DNA from: Neocallimastix sp. 'constans'
Taxonomy: Eukaryota
DNA: 64,000 nt
NCBI GenBank assembly: GCA_050613775.1
Contig: JBODTK010000015.1
Span: forward strand, 372,001 to 436,000
Reading direction: 5' to 3'
Position 1 is the first letter of the stretch, and every line of letters begins with the position of its first letter. This document shows positions 52,209 through 64,000 of the stretch, one piece after another. The notes under the pieces are model-generated. The model was not told the DNA's origin, made no database searches, and saw only the letters and a program-made list of their open reading frames with translations. A program made the translations under genes and the position numbers.

Positions 52209-54108
52209 ACATATAGATATAATATTCTTATATATATAATTTATATTATATGTTTAAAGTGTATTTTTATATTAGAAAATTTATAATTTTAAAATGTAAA
52301 TTCCTTATAATAACCAATTTCTAATAAAATTATTTTAGACGGGGTTTTTTTTTAATTATTTAGGAAAAGTAATAATATATTAAATAAAGATATAACTATA
52401 TTATTATAATTAAAATATAGTACATAAAAGTAACGTATATCAAAAATTGGTGGAGATATCGGGAATGCGCAGTAATATAGTTGTATTATTTTTATAAGTG
52501 TTTTATTAAGAGATATATTTTTATTATAATTATTTTCATGTGTTAATTTATTAAGTTTAAATATAATATTAGTTGAAAATTAATATTTATGTGTAAAAAA
52601 AAAAAATAATTAATTTTTATTTATTAAAGGCAGCTGGGAATTTGGACCAGGATAAAAACGAATAAGTCTTTAATTACAAGTTAGATTTAGTTAATATTAA
52701 TAAGTTAGTTAATTAATGTAATATTTTATTTGTAATAAAAGGTAACTGGGTGTTTGAATCAGTATAAAAACGAATAAGCCTTTAACTATTAGCTATTAGT
52801 TTATTATATAATATAAAAAATAATAATACTAATAATAAAGTAGTAATAAATAATATTAAATAGTAAAAAAAAAAAAAATTTAATAGTGACGTGACTAAAT
52901 TATATATTTAATTGCTATAAAATATTAAACGTGTTTTTATTAATTAATAAAACTATATTGTTAAACTTATTATATATATATAAAATATTTATTATCCTGA
53001 ATTTTGTGAAGATGTCAAGTTCATCTTCTCCTTCAATAGATCTAGTGGATAATAATGATTTTGATGCTAGAACTCTACCAAGGATTGGAGGTGTTCATAA
53101 AGATGTAGAGATCTGTGATAAAGTACGCCTGATTCAGTATCTCTTACTAGGAGAAGTTATATAATTTATTTATGAAATTTATTAATATAATATAAATTTA
53201 TTTATTTATTTATTAAATATTTATTTATTTATTCTATAATTTAAATTTATTTAACTACTAAATTTTTATAAATTCATATTGAATATTACTAAACTAATTT
53301 TATTAATAAAAGATATATTTAATTTGATATTATAACTTTAATTGAATGAATGGCAATTTGCAAAATTGCAAAATTACAAAGAATAAATATAACGTAAAAG
53401 GTATTCTTTATATAATACTCTTTAATTATAAACTATTTTAAAATAATAAGAATTAAATATTTAGTTGAATATTATAAAAAGTATAATATAAATAATAAAA
53501 TATTTATAATAATTAGAAACATATAAAAATATAATAAAAATATAATAAAAATATAATAAAAATAATTAAAATTAAATAAAATAAAACTTAATTAATTTAT
53601 AAATTATTTACATAACATAAAATTTTTGATATAAATTTTATTTTACATTGATTATATGTATTTAATAGAATTTATGATGATACATAAATTTATCTTATAT
53701 TACGTTATTTCTGGATCATTTTATAAATCATATGATAATTAATCAAGTGATTAATTGATTTATTTTTATGTAATTAATAATAAAATAATTTATTAATAAT
53801 TAAGGTTTTTATTTTCATTTCATATCATCTGGAAGTTCCGTATTACTGACTGGTTTAGAAGAGAGCGTATATTTAGTGATGAAGGTAAATTTAGTTATAT
53901 CATTGCAGCTTGTGAGGATGATATTGTTAGGGTCCTATTAAATTGGGTCGTATTCTAACATTAAATGAATGTGTAAACCTGATTAAAAAGAAATATTGAA
54001 GAGAAAATATGAAAGAAAACAAATTACGACAAATTAAGAAAATTATGATCAATCCAAATGAAAGAATCTATGACTTTAATACAAGATTCTTAGAGCTATA
54101 TAATCTGT
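52209..54108 (+). mobile_element. 5' part of a Gypsy-B-related element (partial LTR ending 52442, tRNA-Ala-like PBS 52448-52463, leader, interrupted gag)
   Basis: ...TACATAAAAGTAACGTATATCA-AAAAT-TGGTGGAGATATCGGG; gag MSSSSSPS...TLPRIGG..DVEI/WKFRITDWF homologous to 56644. Confidence 0.88.
53116..53827. mobile_element. Solo LTR of a further family inserted in gag
   Basis: TGATA...TATCA termini, perfect 4-bp TSD TCTG (53112-53115, 53828-53831); removal restores DVEIWKFRI. Confidence 0.9.
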
Positions 54109-54840
54109 AGGTGGATATATATTCTTACTTGGAAATAGACCAATTTCCTGGAAATCACAAATTCAAAGAAATGTTACATTATCAACAGCTGAAGCTGAAT
54201 TTATTAGTTTTACTGAATGCGCAAAACATTATGGAATATGGTTAAAAATTTTATTCGAAGAAATAACTAATAAGAATGTCTTAATAAAAATAAAAGTAGA
54301 TAATAAAGCTTGTATAGCAATAGCTGAAGATGAAAATGCTAAAGGTAGATGCAAACATATTGATACTAGATATAAATTTATTCAAGAAAAAATAAAAGAG
54401 AAGAATATAAAATTAGAATATATTAGCATAAATGATATGTTAGCTGATCCTTTAATAAAACCAGTATCAGGTATTAACATTAAGAAATATAACGATATAA
54501 TTTATAAAATAAAATAAAATAAAATAAAATAAAAATAAAATAAAAATAAAATAAAATAAAATAAAATAAAATAAAATAAAATAAAATAAAATAAAATAAA
54601 ATAAAATAAAATAAAATAAAATAAAATAAAATAAAATATATCTAAAAAAGACATAATGTAGGGGGAATGTTAAAATATAGTAAATAAAATTATATACATT
54701 ATGCTTTATTATAAAATAAAATTATTATCAAATATATGTAATAATTATTATTTAGAAAAGGATTCTTCTTTATTAAATAAAATATCATTAAATAAATAAA
54801 ATATATAATATAAAATAATTAATCTGAGCTTCACTCATTG
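54108..54840 (+). mobile_element. Copia RNase H remnant, PPT and LTR start (54668)
   Basis: GGYIFLLGNRPISWKS, LSTAEAEF, KHIDTRY, MLADPL; GTAGGGGGAA-TGTT junction. Confidence 0.85.
54505..54637. repeat. (AAAAT)n microsatellite
   Basis: Visible pentamer run between the Copia stop and the PPT. Confidence 0.95.
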
Positions 54841-55084
54841 ACATATAATATATTATTATGTATTATTTTATATTTATTTTATATTTAATTATAGATATTA
54901 TATTCTTATATATAAAATTTATATTATATGTATAAAATGAATTTTATTTTATTAAATTTATAATTTTAAATGTAAATTCCTGTTAACTTTATTAATATAA
55001 AGTTATATTCTAGCTCAAACTTAATAAAATATTAAATTATATTATATTAAATACATTGTAATTATAAATTAAATATAAATTAAT

Positions 55085-55395
55085 ATGTATCTAGAACAAA
55101 CCACAGAATCTGCTTATGACATGATCAATAAACTTGAAGAGATAAACCAAGAAGCAGATGAACTAATTGTAGAGAAGTTAATCAAGAAACTGAAAATTAT
55201 GAAGCCTCGAAACTATATGGAAGTTTTAAAATGTTTATCTGATATGTTAAACATTTTTAACAAACTTAAAACAGCCAATTACGATATGAGTGAAAATGAC
55301 AAGATCCAGTATATGTTTAAGGCGCTACCAAAGGAATTACAAATTGCTTTCTTGCCTGAACCTGGTAAAACAGCTAAAGATTATTATGATATTAT
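55085..55395 (+). pseudogene. Copia gag (UBN2-like) fragment
   Basis: SAYDMINKLEE...MSENDKIQYMFKALPKE pattern; cut by the Gypsy-B LTR. Confidence 0.6.
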
Positions 55396-55971
55396 AATAT
55401 TTATACATATATTATTCATTATAATATGAAATATATTAAATATATTAAATTAAATAGTTAATTTCTTCTAAATTATATAAGAATATACTTATATATATAA
55501 TTTAACTATGCATATTTATTTTAAAGTTTATATTAAAAATACATAATACTTCTATATATTATAATATATAATATAATGAAATAGTTTTAGTTATTTTAAT
55601 TATAATTAAATATATATAGTTGATATTATTTATTATATTCATATTTATTATATAATTATATTCTTATATTTTTAATTTTATTTATTTTCATTTTAAGAAT
55701 TATATAGTTATATTTATTATATTTATTATTTTAATACATATTTATTATATATTATACTATACTCCAATATAATATATTTTAAATGTATATTTATTATTAT
55801 TAATATATATTTAAATTATTATAAAGATTTCCTAATAACTACTCTTCTTTATTGTAGTTTTGAGAAGACCCTTGGTTAATTGGGTTTTATAATTTAAAAT
55901 ATATTAATAAAAGTTAATTAAATATAACGATACTATTAAAAATTAGTAGCACATAAAAGTCCCGCATATCA
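55396..55971 (+). repeat. Gypsy-B 5' LTR, missing its first ~121 bp
   Basis: Matches 62567-63141. Confidence 0.9.
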
Positions 55972-55976
55972 AAAAT

Positions 55977-55995
55977 TGGTGGAGATATCGGGGAT
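55977..55995 (+). promoter_or_regulatory. Primer-binding site, tRNA-Ala-like
   Basis: TGGTGGAGATATCGGGGAT 5 nt after the LTR end; complement of typical tRNA-Ala 3' ends (...TCTCCACCA). Confidence 0.8.
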
Positions 55996-56185
55996 GTGCA
56001 ATAGTGTTGTTATATTGTTTTTTAAAAAAAAAAAAAAAATAAATAAATTTGAGGATTAATTATTCATATTAAATATTATATTTTATTTTTTTTTATAATT
56101 GGTTATTGAGCTGAGATTGGTTATAATTAATAATAATAAATCATTAAATAACACAAAACTAATTTAAATTATTAAAAAGATATAT

Positions 56186-56239
56186 AATTAGAGACAACTG
56201 GGAATTCGGACCAGAATAAAAACGAACAAGTCTTTAATT
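56186..56239 (+). other. Conserved pseudoknot-like leader motif (also at 52623-52674 and 52738-52783)
   Basis: Closing stem, CTGG/CCAG hairpin and a loop TT(C/T)G complementary to downstream CGAA; all variants keep the pairing. Confidence 0.65.
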
Positions 56240-56643
56240 TTCCTTTATATTAAAATTATTAAAATAGGATTAGTTATAATTGTTTAGTAATATTTTAGTT
56301 GAATAGTAATAATAATAATTATACAAAAAAAAAAAAAAAAAAAAAAAAACTTTGATATAAAATAAAAAAATAATATAATTATTCTATATATAGGATAATA
56401 ATTATTTGTATATAATATTAATAGAGTTAGCAATAACAAAATAAAAGAGTGGAATAATAAATTATTTCACAATAGAATTATAAAAAAAAAATAATACATA
56501 TTTTCATATTTAATAATAACTAGGAATAGGATATAAAATAAATAAAATAAAATAAATATAGAAAGTGTTATTGGTATTATTAGTTATTAAACCAAAACGC
56601 AATAACGAATTAAAAAAAAAAAAAAAATATTTAACTTTCTTTT

Positions 56644-57671
56644 ATGAGAAGTAGTAGTAGTAGTGAACATATTAGTAGTGATTATAATAGTATCAACAGC
56701 ACTATGTCAGACGTAGATACAAAAACTCTCCCAAGGATTGGTGGATCTCGTAGGGACGCGGAACTTTGGAAATTTAGGATCAATGACTGGTTTAAGAGAG
56801 AAGGTATTACTACTGATGAAAATAAATTTAGTTATATTATTACCGCTGCTGAAGATGACATTGTATTGAAAGAAAAAGAATCAGAAGTAAATAGACCTCT
56901 TACATTAGATGAACGTGTGAAACTAATAAAGAAAAAGTATTGGAGAGAAAACCAAAAAGATAATAAATTACGTCAATTAAAACGTATTATTATCGAACCA
57001 AACGAAACCGTATATGATTTCAATACCAGGTATTTAGAATTATACGACCTACTAGAGACAGAGGATAGAGCATCTATTTCGGTTATAGATTATGAAAATG
57101 CTCTTAGACCTAGGACTCAGATTTATACTAAAATTGCTATGGAGGAATGTGATTCCCTAGAAGACGCTTGTAGTAAAGCAGAAAAATATGAGAAAATATT
57201 ACAGGAATCACATTACAATAGGAATAATAGGAGGAATGAAAGAAATAATAATTATAACATTCCCCTATGAATCAACCTGTTTCTAATCTTGTAAATAATT
57301 CCAATAATTCATGGAAAAGAAATGGTCTGAATTTTAGAAACAATAGGAATACTTCCACGAACATACCTACCAATTTCATTCATCGAAATAATCATAATAT
57401 GCCGAATAATTTTAATAATAATGGAATCAATAACTCATATAATATAAATAATAATTATTTAAATAATAGAAACAATAATTATAACATTAACAACAACCAA
57501 ATACCTAATAATGATGGAATGGATGACTTGGTAAATAGAATGCAAAACTTACAGATTAAAACATGCTATTTCTGTAACCAACCTAGTCATCTTGTTAAGG
57601 ATTGTACTGAATTAGCCAAAATTAAACAAGATCCAAACTTTATAAATTATTTTAATTTACAAAAAAACTGA
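56644..57671 (+). pseudogene. gag: Gypsy-B gag (one frameshift near 57265)
   Basis: ORFs 56644-57270 and 57267-57671 with a CCHC knuckle. Confidence 0.88.
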
Positions 57672-57709
57672 ATGATGGAAGAAGGCAAACTTCCCATAAT
57701 CAAATTGCC
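57662..57709 (+). promoter_or_regulatory. Candidate -1 ribosomal frameshift site (A AAA AAC plus hairpin or pseudoknot)
   Basis: In-frame heptamer directly before TGA, 8-nt spacer, GGAAG-AAGGCAAA-CTTCC; loop GGCAA can pair with TTGCC at 57705-57709. Confidence 0.8.
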
Positions 57710-60700
57710 ACTTCTCCTGTAATAACTGCAGCAACATGGAACAATAATTATGATACAATTATTGCTTCAGCAAAACGTAGTAGAGATGAAAGATATGCAT
57801 CTCTACCTAAGGCAAAAAGAAATTATAAAAAACTAATAATATTAAAATAAATAATAACAATTACAATAACAATATAAATGAAAATAACAATAACGATTTA
57901 AATATAAGTAATAATGTTAACAATAATATCTTATACAATTTACGAAATCGTAAAATTCTAAAATCAAATTTAAATAATAATATTAAGAATAATATTAATA
58001 ATAAAGGAAGCAATAATAATAATGAAAATAATATCAATAATAATAATATTAATGGAAATTTAATTAATAATAATTCAAGTAATTATAATAGCAATAATGA
58101 TACATCCAACTTGACTACAAAAAATAATATAAATAATAAAAATAATAATAAAAATGACACATTGGAAAACAAAATTGACATAGATTCAGTGGAATTAAAT
58201 ATACCTGCATCTAATATTATTAATAAATTTAACGATAAAAATAATAGTACAAAAATATTGGAACAAAATAATAAGAAGGAAAAAACTACTAGGGTAGGCC
58301 AAATCATTAAATTATTAGAGGTATTGAACCTTATGATATTATAGAAGAATTACAAAATACCCCAGCAAATATTACTTTGGCCCAATTAATAGGTATAAGT
58401 AGTGCCCTACGTTCAGATATCACCAAAAGTTTTAAAAAGGTAAGAACTGAGGATGATGATGCAGCGGTAGGATGTGCAGAATATCATAATGATATAGAAG
58501 AATTTGAAATAGTAAATAATCCTAACCATTGCTACGCTACAAGAGAAATTCAAGAGCACGATATTGCTATAGTCAAAGGTACAGTTAATGGTCATTCTGC
58601 TGCTGTATTAATTGATGGTGGTAGTAATACAAATTTGGTAACCAGAAATTTTCTAAATAAAAATATTAAAAATTATACCATAGTTGGTTCTACTTCTGGT
58701 AGAGTGCATCAGGCATTATCTAATACGGAAGAACGTGTTTATGAAATGGTAAAATTTGAAGTACAAATTGGTACTCTAAAAATTAATGCAGTCTTTAGAG
58801 TATTTGATAATGATGACTCAATATTTGATATAATAATTAATTTAAAAACTCAAGCAGATTATAAATTATTAGTAGATGCAGATAGTAAATATTTATACGT
58901 AAAAAGTGGTATTAATAATGTTAATGGTGTGTTTACCTTTAGTGCAGTCCCATTGGTTCCTTTAGAAAATGTGCATGAACTTCATACACAGTGTATGTTT
59001 TGTTATATATTAGAGAATAATACTAGTATTAATAATGTAATTAGTACCAATAAAATTAATACAACTAAAAAAATAAAATTTTGGAAGAATTAATCAGCAA
59101 TATGGATATCAAGGATGGAAATTTTAAAAATGAAATTAAATCCATATTAACTTCATATTCAGATGTAATAGCTATGTCTAGTGATGATTTAGAACCATCC
59201 AAATTGCTACCTCACCATATTGAATTACTAGAAGGTAGCAAGCCAATAAAACAAAAGGCATATAGGATCTCCCAGGTACAACTTTCAGCACTAAAAGAAG
59301 AATTAAAAAAATTAATAGACAAAGGATTAATTTCACCTTCTCATTCACCTTGGTCTTCTCCTATTGTTCTAGTACCATAGAAAAATGATAGATGGAGACT
59401 GTGCATAAATTATAGGTTATTAAATAAAATAACAAAAAAAGATGCTTATGCCATCCCTATAATTCAAGAAATTTTTGATGCATTGAAAGATGCAGTAATA
59501 TTTTCTACTATTGATCTTTTTAGTGGGTATCACCAGATACCTATGTATGAAAGCGACCAAGAAATTACTTCTTTTGCAACTAAGTTTGGAAATTATTACT
59601 TTAAGGTAATGCCTTTCGGATTGACTAATGCTCCGGCAACCTTCCAACGCGAAATGAATAGGATTTTCTTTGACTTAATTAATAAATGTGTTCAAATTTA
59701 TCTTGACGATATTATTGTTTATTCACCATCCATTGAACAACATTTAATCGACCTAACAAATGTATTTAAAATTCTCAGAAAATTTAAATTAAAAATGAAT
59801 ATTGAGAAATGTCATTTTTGTGTTTTTGAAGTGGAGGCTTTAGGACATACGATTTCAAACAAAGGATTATTACCACTAAAAAAGAAGATTGATGCAATAA
59901 AGAAATTGGATAATCCTTCTAATGTTACGGAATTACGTTCTTTTCTTGAAATGGTGGGTTACTATAGGAATTTTATTGAAAATTATGCTACATTAACTTC
60001 CCCATTATGCAAATTACTAAGGAAAAATTCTACTTTTGAATGGACTAATGAGCATACTACTTGTATAGAAAAATTAAAGGAAGCTCTTTGTCAAGCACCT
60101 ATTTTGTGTTATCCAAGTTATGATAAACCATTTATTATACGCACTGATGCTAGTTATCAAAGAATTGGTGGTGTTTTATTGCAACTATAAAATGATGAAA
60201 TAGAACACCCAGTATTTTATATTAGTCGTTCCCTGCATAAGTCAGAGCTTAATTACCCGATAACAGAGTTAGAAGGTACTGCGGCATATTTTTGTGTAAA
60301 TAAATTTAAACAATATATATTAGGTAATCCGTTCCAGACAATACTGTATACAGATCATCAACCATTAGTCCCTATCATTATGAAATGTGAACCTAATACT
60401 AGTAAACACGCTCGTTGGTGTGATTTATTCAGTCAACTACAAGTAAAAGTTGTCTACCAACCAGGGAAAAGGAACATTATTGCTGATGCATTATCTCGCA
60501 TTAGAAAAAAAGAAAATATTGTAGTAAATGCTATTGTTGAAGAAAATAATAATAATTTGGGAAACAATATTGAAAGTAATAATATTATTGTTGATGAAAA
60601 TAACGTAGAAATTATTGGTAATAACAATAATGAAAATGATCAATCAAACTTTTTGGACGAAGCCGAAAATGAAAAATATATCTCTGAATTCATGAAAAAG

Positions 60701-61832
60701 TTTTTAAAAGATAGAATTGTTACTATAGATGATAAAACATATATTAGAGATAAAGATAAACTAAGACTAGTGATAGATGATTATCTAGAAAAGATAAAAA
60801 TTATCGGAATGGCTCATAGAATCGGCCATGAGGGGTTACAAAAGACGTATGATAGAATTAAGAAAAATTATTATAGGAAAAATATGATTTTAGATATAAA
60901 AAAAATATATATCTATTTGTAAAATATGTCAACTTAATAGATCTGAGCGCCTTTCTAATTTGGTTGAAATATTTCGAACTCCTGTAGAAGCTCCTTTTGT
61001 TAGAATGGGTCTAGATATTATTGGATCTTTAAAAACTACTACTAAAGGTAATAAATATATAATTGTTTGTGTAGATTATTTCACTTTATGGACTGAAGCA
61101 GAAGCTTATCCTTCTGTTACTTCTCAAGATGTGGTTGATTTCTTAGTGAATGTGTTTAGTAGACATGGACTACCACAAATAATTAATATGGATAATGGAC
61201 CACAATTGAACAGTGATTATACAAAAATTTTCTTAGATTTATATGGAGTTTACATTCATTTTGTTGCTAGTTATCATCTACCTTCTAATGGTTTAGTAGA
61301 AAATAGAAACCGAGAAATAGGAAAACAATTAAGGAATTTTGCTGGTAAGAACGATGAATGGGATACTCTGTTACCGTTGGCTTTATGGGCTATTAGGACG
61401 GCAAAATCCTCTGTTAGTGGATACTCTAGTTTTGAACTTTTATATGGAAGAGAAGATTTACTTCCTACTGAAATTACCTTATTGAATTCTTTGGAGGAAC
61501 CTGTTGAATGCTCAATTGACGAAGAATTAATTGAAAGAATTTTGGAACATACTAAATGGGTAAAGGATGCTGCAAACAAAAAATTGAGTATAATTAATTA
61601 TTGGAAGACTAGAAGAAAAGCAAAAAGAAGTATGGAAAAACATCCTGAGTATAAAGTTGGTGATAAGGTAAAAATTAAATTATTTCAAAGACAAAAATTG
61701 GACCCATACTACATTGGCCCTTATACGATAAAGGAAATAACTTGGAATACGGTGAAACTACAAGAAGATAGGTCAGGAGTAATATTAAAAAGAAATATCC
61801 ATATTAAAAATATCCTACCTTATAGAGAATAA
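57669..61832 (+). pseudogene. pol: Gypsy-B pol (PR-RT-RNase H-IN) with stops and frameshifts
   Basis: Consecutive ORF-track pieces 58377-61832. Confidence 0.93.
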
Positions 61833-62445
61833 GTAAAAATCAATTATAAATACAAAAATATAATAAATAATAATAAATTTCAACATTTTGAATTTAAATT
61901 TCAGCAATTCATTTTAATATTTACAGTTAAAATAGCAAAATATTATTCATATTTATGCTAATAGGACATTTAACTTATATATATATTTCATAATTAATTT
62001 TATTTTATTTTTTTTTAAGAAAAAATTTCGAAATTGAAATATCAAAATTTCAAAATAAAATTCTAAAATTACATTTCCAATTTAAATTTCAAAATTAATT
62101 ATTAATAATTATATATATTATTCAATTATTATAATATCAAAATTATATATAATTATTTTAAAAAAAAAAAAAATTTTTTTTATTAATGAAAAATTTTCAA
62201 AAATTGAGTTAAAAATTTTATAAAATTTTCAAATAATACAATTAATCTTCATTAATACAGATTTTAATAATTATTCACAAAAATATAAAATTTCTTTCAA
62301 TTTTATATTTTTCCTTATTTGTACTACGATCATTTCAACTTATTATTGAATTTGTAGCTAATTTACAGATTCAATTGAGAATTGTTCTCGTATAGAGATA
62401 AATTTCAATTTCACTAGTAATCAGCTATTTTAGCGAGGGCATTTC

Positions 62446-63141
62446 TGATATAAAACAAATATGTGTAGCCACATATTTGTATATTTAATAATAATTATTA
62501 AATATTAAATTTATATCTCTTTTGTCAATAATAATATTCGAAATATTTCTTATTCATATATTATTCAATATTTATACATATTATATTATTCATTATAATA
62601 TGAAATATATTAATATATTAAATTAAATTGTTAATTTCTTCTAAATATATATAAGAATATTATTATATATATAATTTAACTATGCATATTTATTTTAAAG
62701 TTTATATTAAAAATACATAATACTTCTATATATTATAATATATAATATAATGAAATAGTTTTAGTTATTTTAATTATAATTAAATATATATAGTTGATAT
62801 TATTTATTATATTCATATTTATTATATAATTATATTCTTATATATTTAACTTTATTGTTCTTATTTTCATTTTAAGAATTATATAGTTATATTTATTATA
62901 TTTATTAATATATATTTATTATATATTTTACTATACTCCGATATAATATATTTTAAATGTATATTTATTATTATTAATATATATTTAAATTATTATAAAG
63001 ATTTCCTAATAATCTTCTTTATTGTAGTTTTGAGAAGACCCTTGGTTAATTGGGTTTTATAAATTAAAATATATTAATAAAGGTTAATTAAATATAACGA
63101 TACTATTAAAAATTAGTAGCGCATAAAAGTCCCGCATATCA
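62446..63141 (+). repeat. Gypsy-B 3' LTR (696 bp)
   Basis: TGATAT...ATATCA termini, preceded by GCGAGGGCATTTC. Confidence 0.94.
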
Positions 63142-63299
63142 AATCGTATATCATATTGTTAATCATGTGACTTAAATTTTCATAATTTATGTCATCTCAT
63201 AATCAATAGGTAAATTGTTATTTTCAACGTTATTGATATAATTATTACGATTTTTATAATGTTTATTATAATTTTTATTATAATTTTTATTATAAATTT

Positions 63300-63933
63300 T
63301 ATTATTAATTGAGTTTAGTTTATATTACTATTATTGTCATTATTATAATTATTACCATTATTACTGTTAAAATTTGTTGTTTCTAAAATTAACATTATTG
63401 TTACTATTATTATAATTATTACCATTGTTACCATTAAAAATTTGTGTTTTTAAAATTTCCATTGTTATTAAAATTTCTCAAACCGGTCGAATTCATTTTA
63501 GATGGTGAATTTAATGGCAAATTATTAAATATTCTTATTCTATTAAAATTTCCTGAATTATTGATTGTATTAAAATTATTATTGAATAGTGTAAAATTTG
63601 AATTATTATTATATTGATCCATGAAGGTATTATTATAATTTAATCTACCAGATTGGAAAAATTATTTCTTCTATTATAGTTACTGGTATTACCATAAGAA
63701 CTCCTCATTTCTTGTTTTCCTTGCATTTCATTTAATATATTTTCATTACTTTCATCCAAGTTACAGGCAGTTTCGAGATCAGAAGCTTCAGCAATGGCGA
63801 ATCTTTCATAAATCTTACTACGAGGTCTCAAGGCATTTTCATAATCAATTACTGAAATAGCGGATTGATCTGTATAATCTAACTGATCTTCTAGTGGCCT
63901 CATCATTAGCGTAATCAGTATCTGAAAATCCAA
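63300..63933 (-). pseudogene. Gag fragment of another Gypsy-B-related element
   Basis: SAISVIDYENALRPR matches ASISVIDYENALRPR in ORF 56644-57270, followed by an Asn-rich region. Confidence 0.8.
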
Positions 63934-64000
63934 CTAATCTATTTTTTCTATCATAGTATATTGATTTATTTACTGTAGATTTTAAATATTGTAATATCAG

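Larger units (their letters stand above)
55396..63141 (+). mobile_element. Ty3/Gypsy LTR retrotransposon (Gypsy-B), near full-length, disrupted
   Basis: LTRs 55396-55971 and 62446-63141, PBS, gag with CYFCNQPSHLVKDC, PR (LIDGGS), RT (YLDD), RNase H (TDAS, ADALSR), integrase with GPY motif and no chromodomain. Confidence 0.96.

Noticed and set aside
56198..56226. preQ1-I riboswitch resemblance of the leader motif
   Set aside because: Only the generic hairpin plus A-rich tail layout is shared; ligand-binding nucleotides are not evident and the context is a eukaryotic retroelement.

Overview
Extremely AT-rich eukaryotic DNA, most likely from an anaerobic gut fungus (Neocallimastigomycota); this is inferred from base composition, intron-poor genes and the CBM18, ricin-B and subtilase family content. 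About two-thirds of the window is nested, decayed LTR retrotransposons. These include two near-full-length Ty3/Gypsy elements (8323-15718 minus; 55396-63141 plus), several truncated Gypsy and Ty1/Copia relics, and three solo LTRs. There is also a non-autonomous LTR element with intact ends, a 5-bp TSD and an orphan ORF (4039-8267). A central ~17 kb host island, bracketed by a ~380 bp direct repeat, holds a decayed gene of unknown product, a dead subtilase-ricin B gene and one intact 1823-aa secreted protein. That protein is the main finding: it has an aerolysin/ETX-MTX2-like module whose Ser/Thr beta-hairpin is symmetric over ~173 residues per arm, with a mirror-placed Cys pair, fused to bulb-type lectin, ricin-B and CBM18 domains. 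Other findings are a -1 frameshift cassette with a compensatory base change shared by two Gypsy families, and two kinds of structured RNA motif in Gypsy 5' leaders. All calls are by eye; no searches or folding were run.
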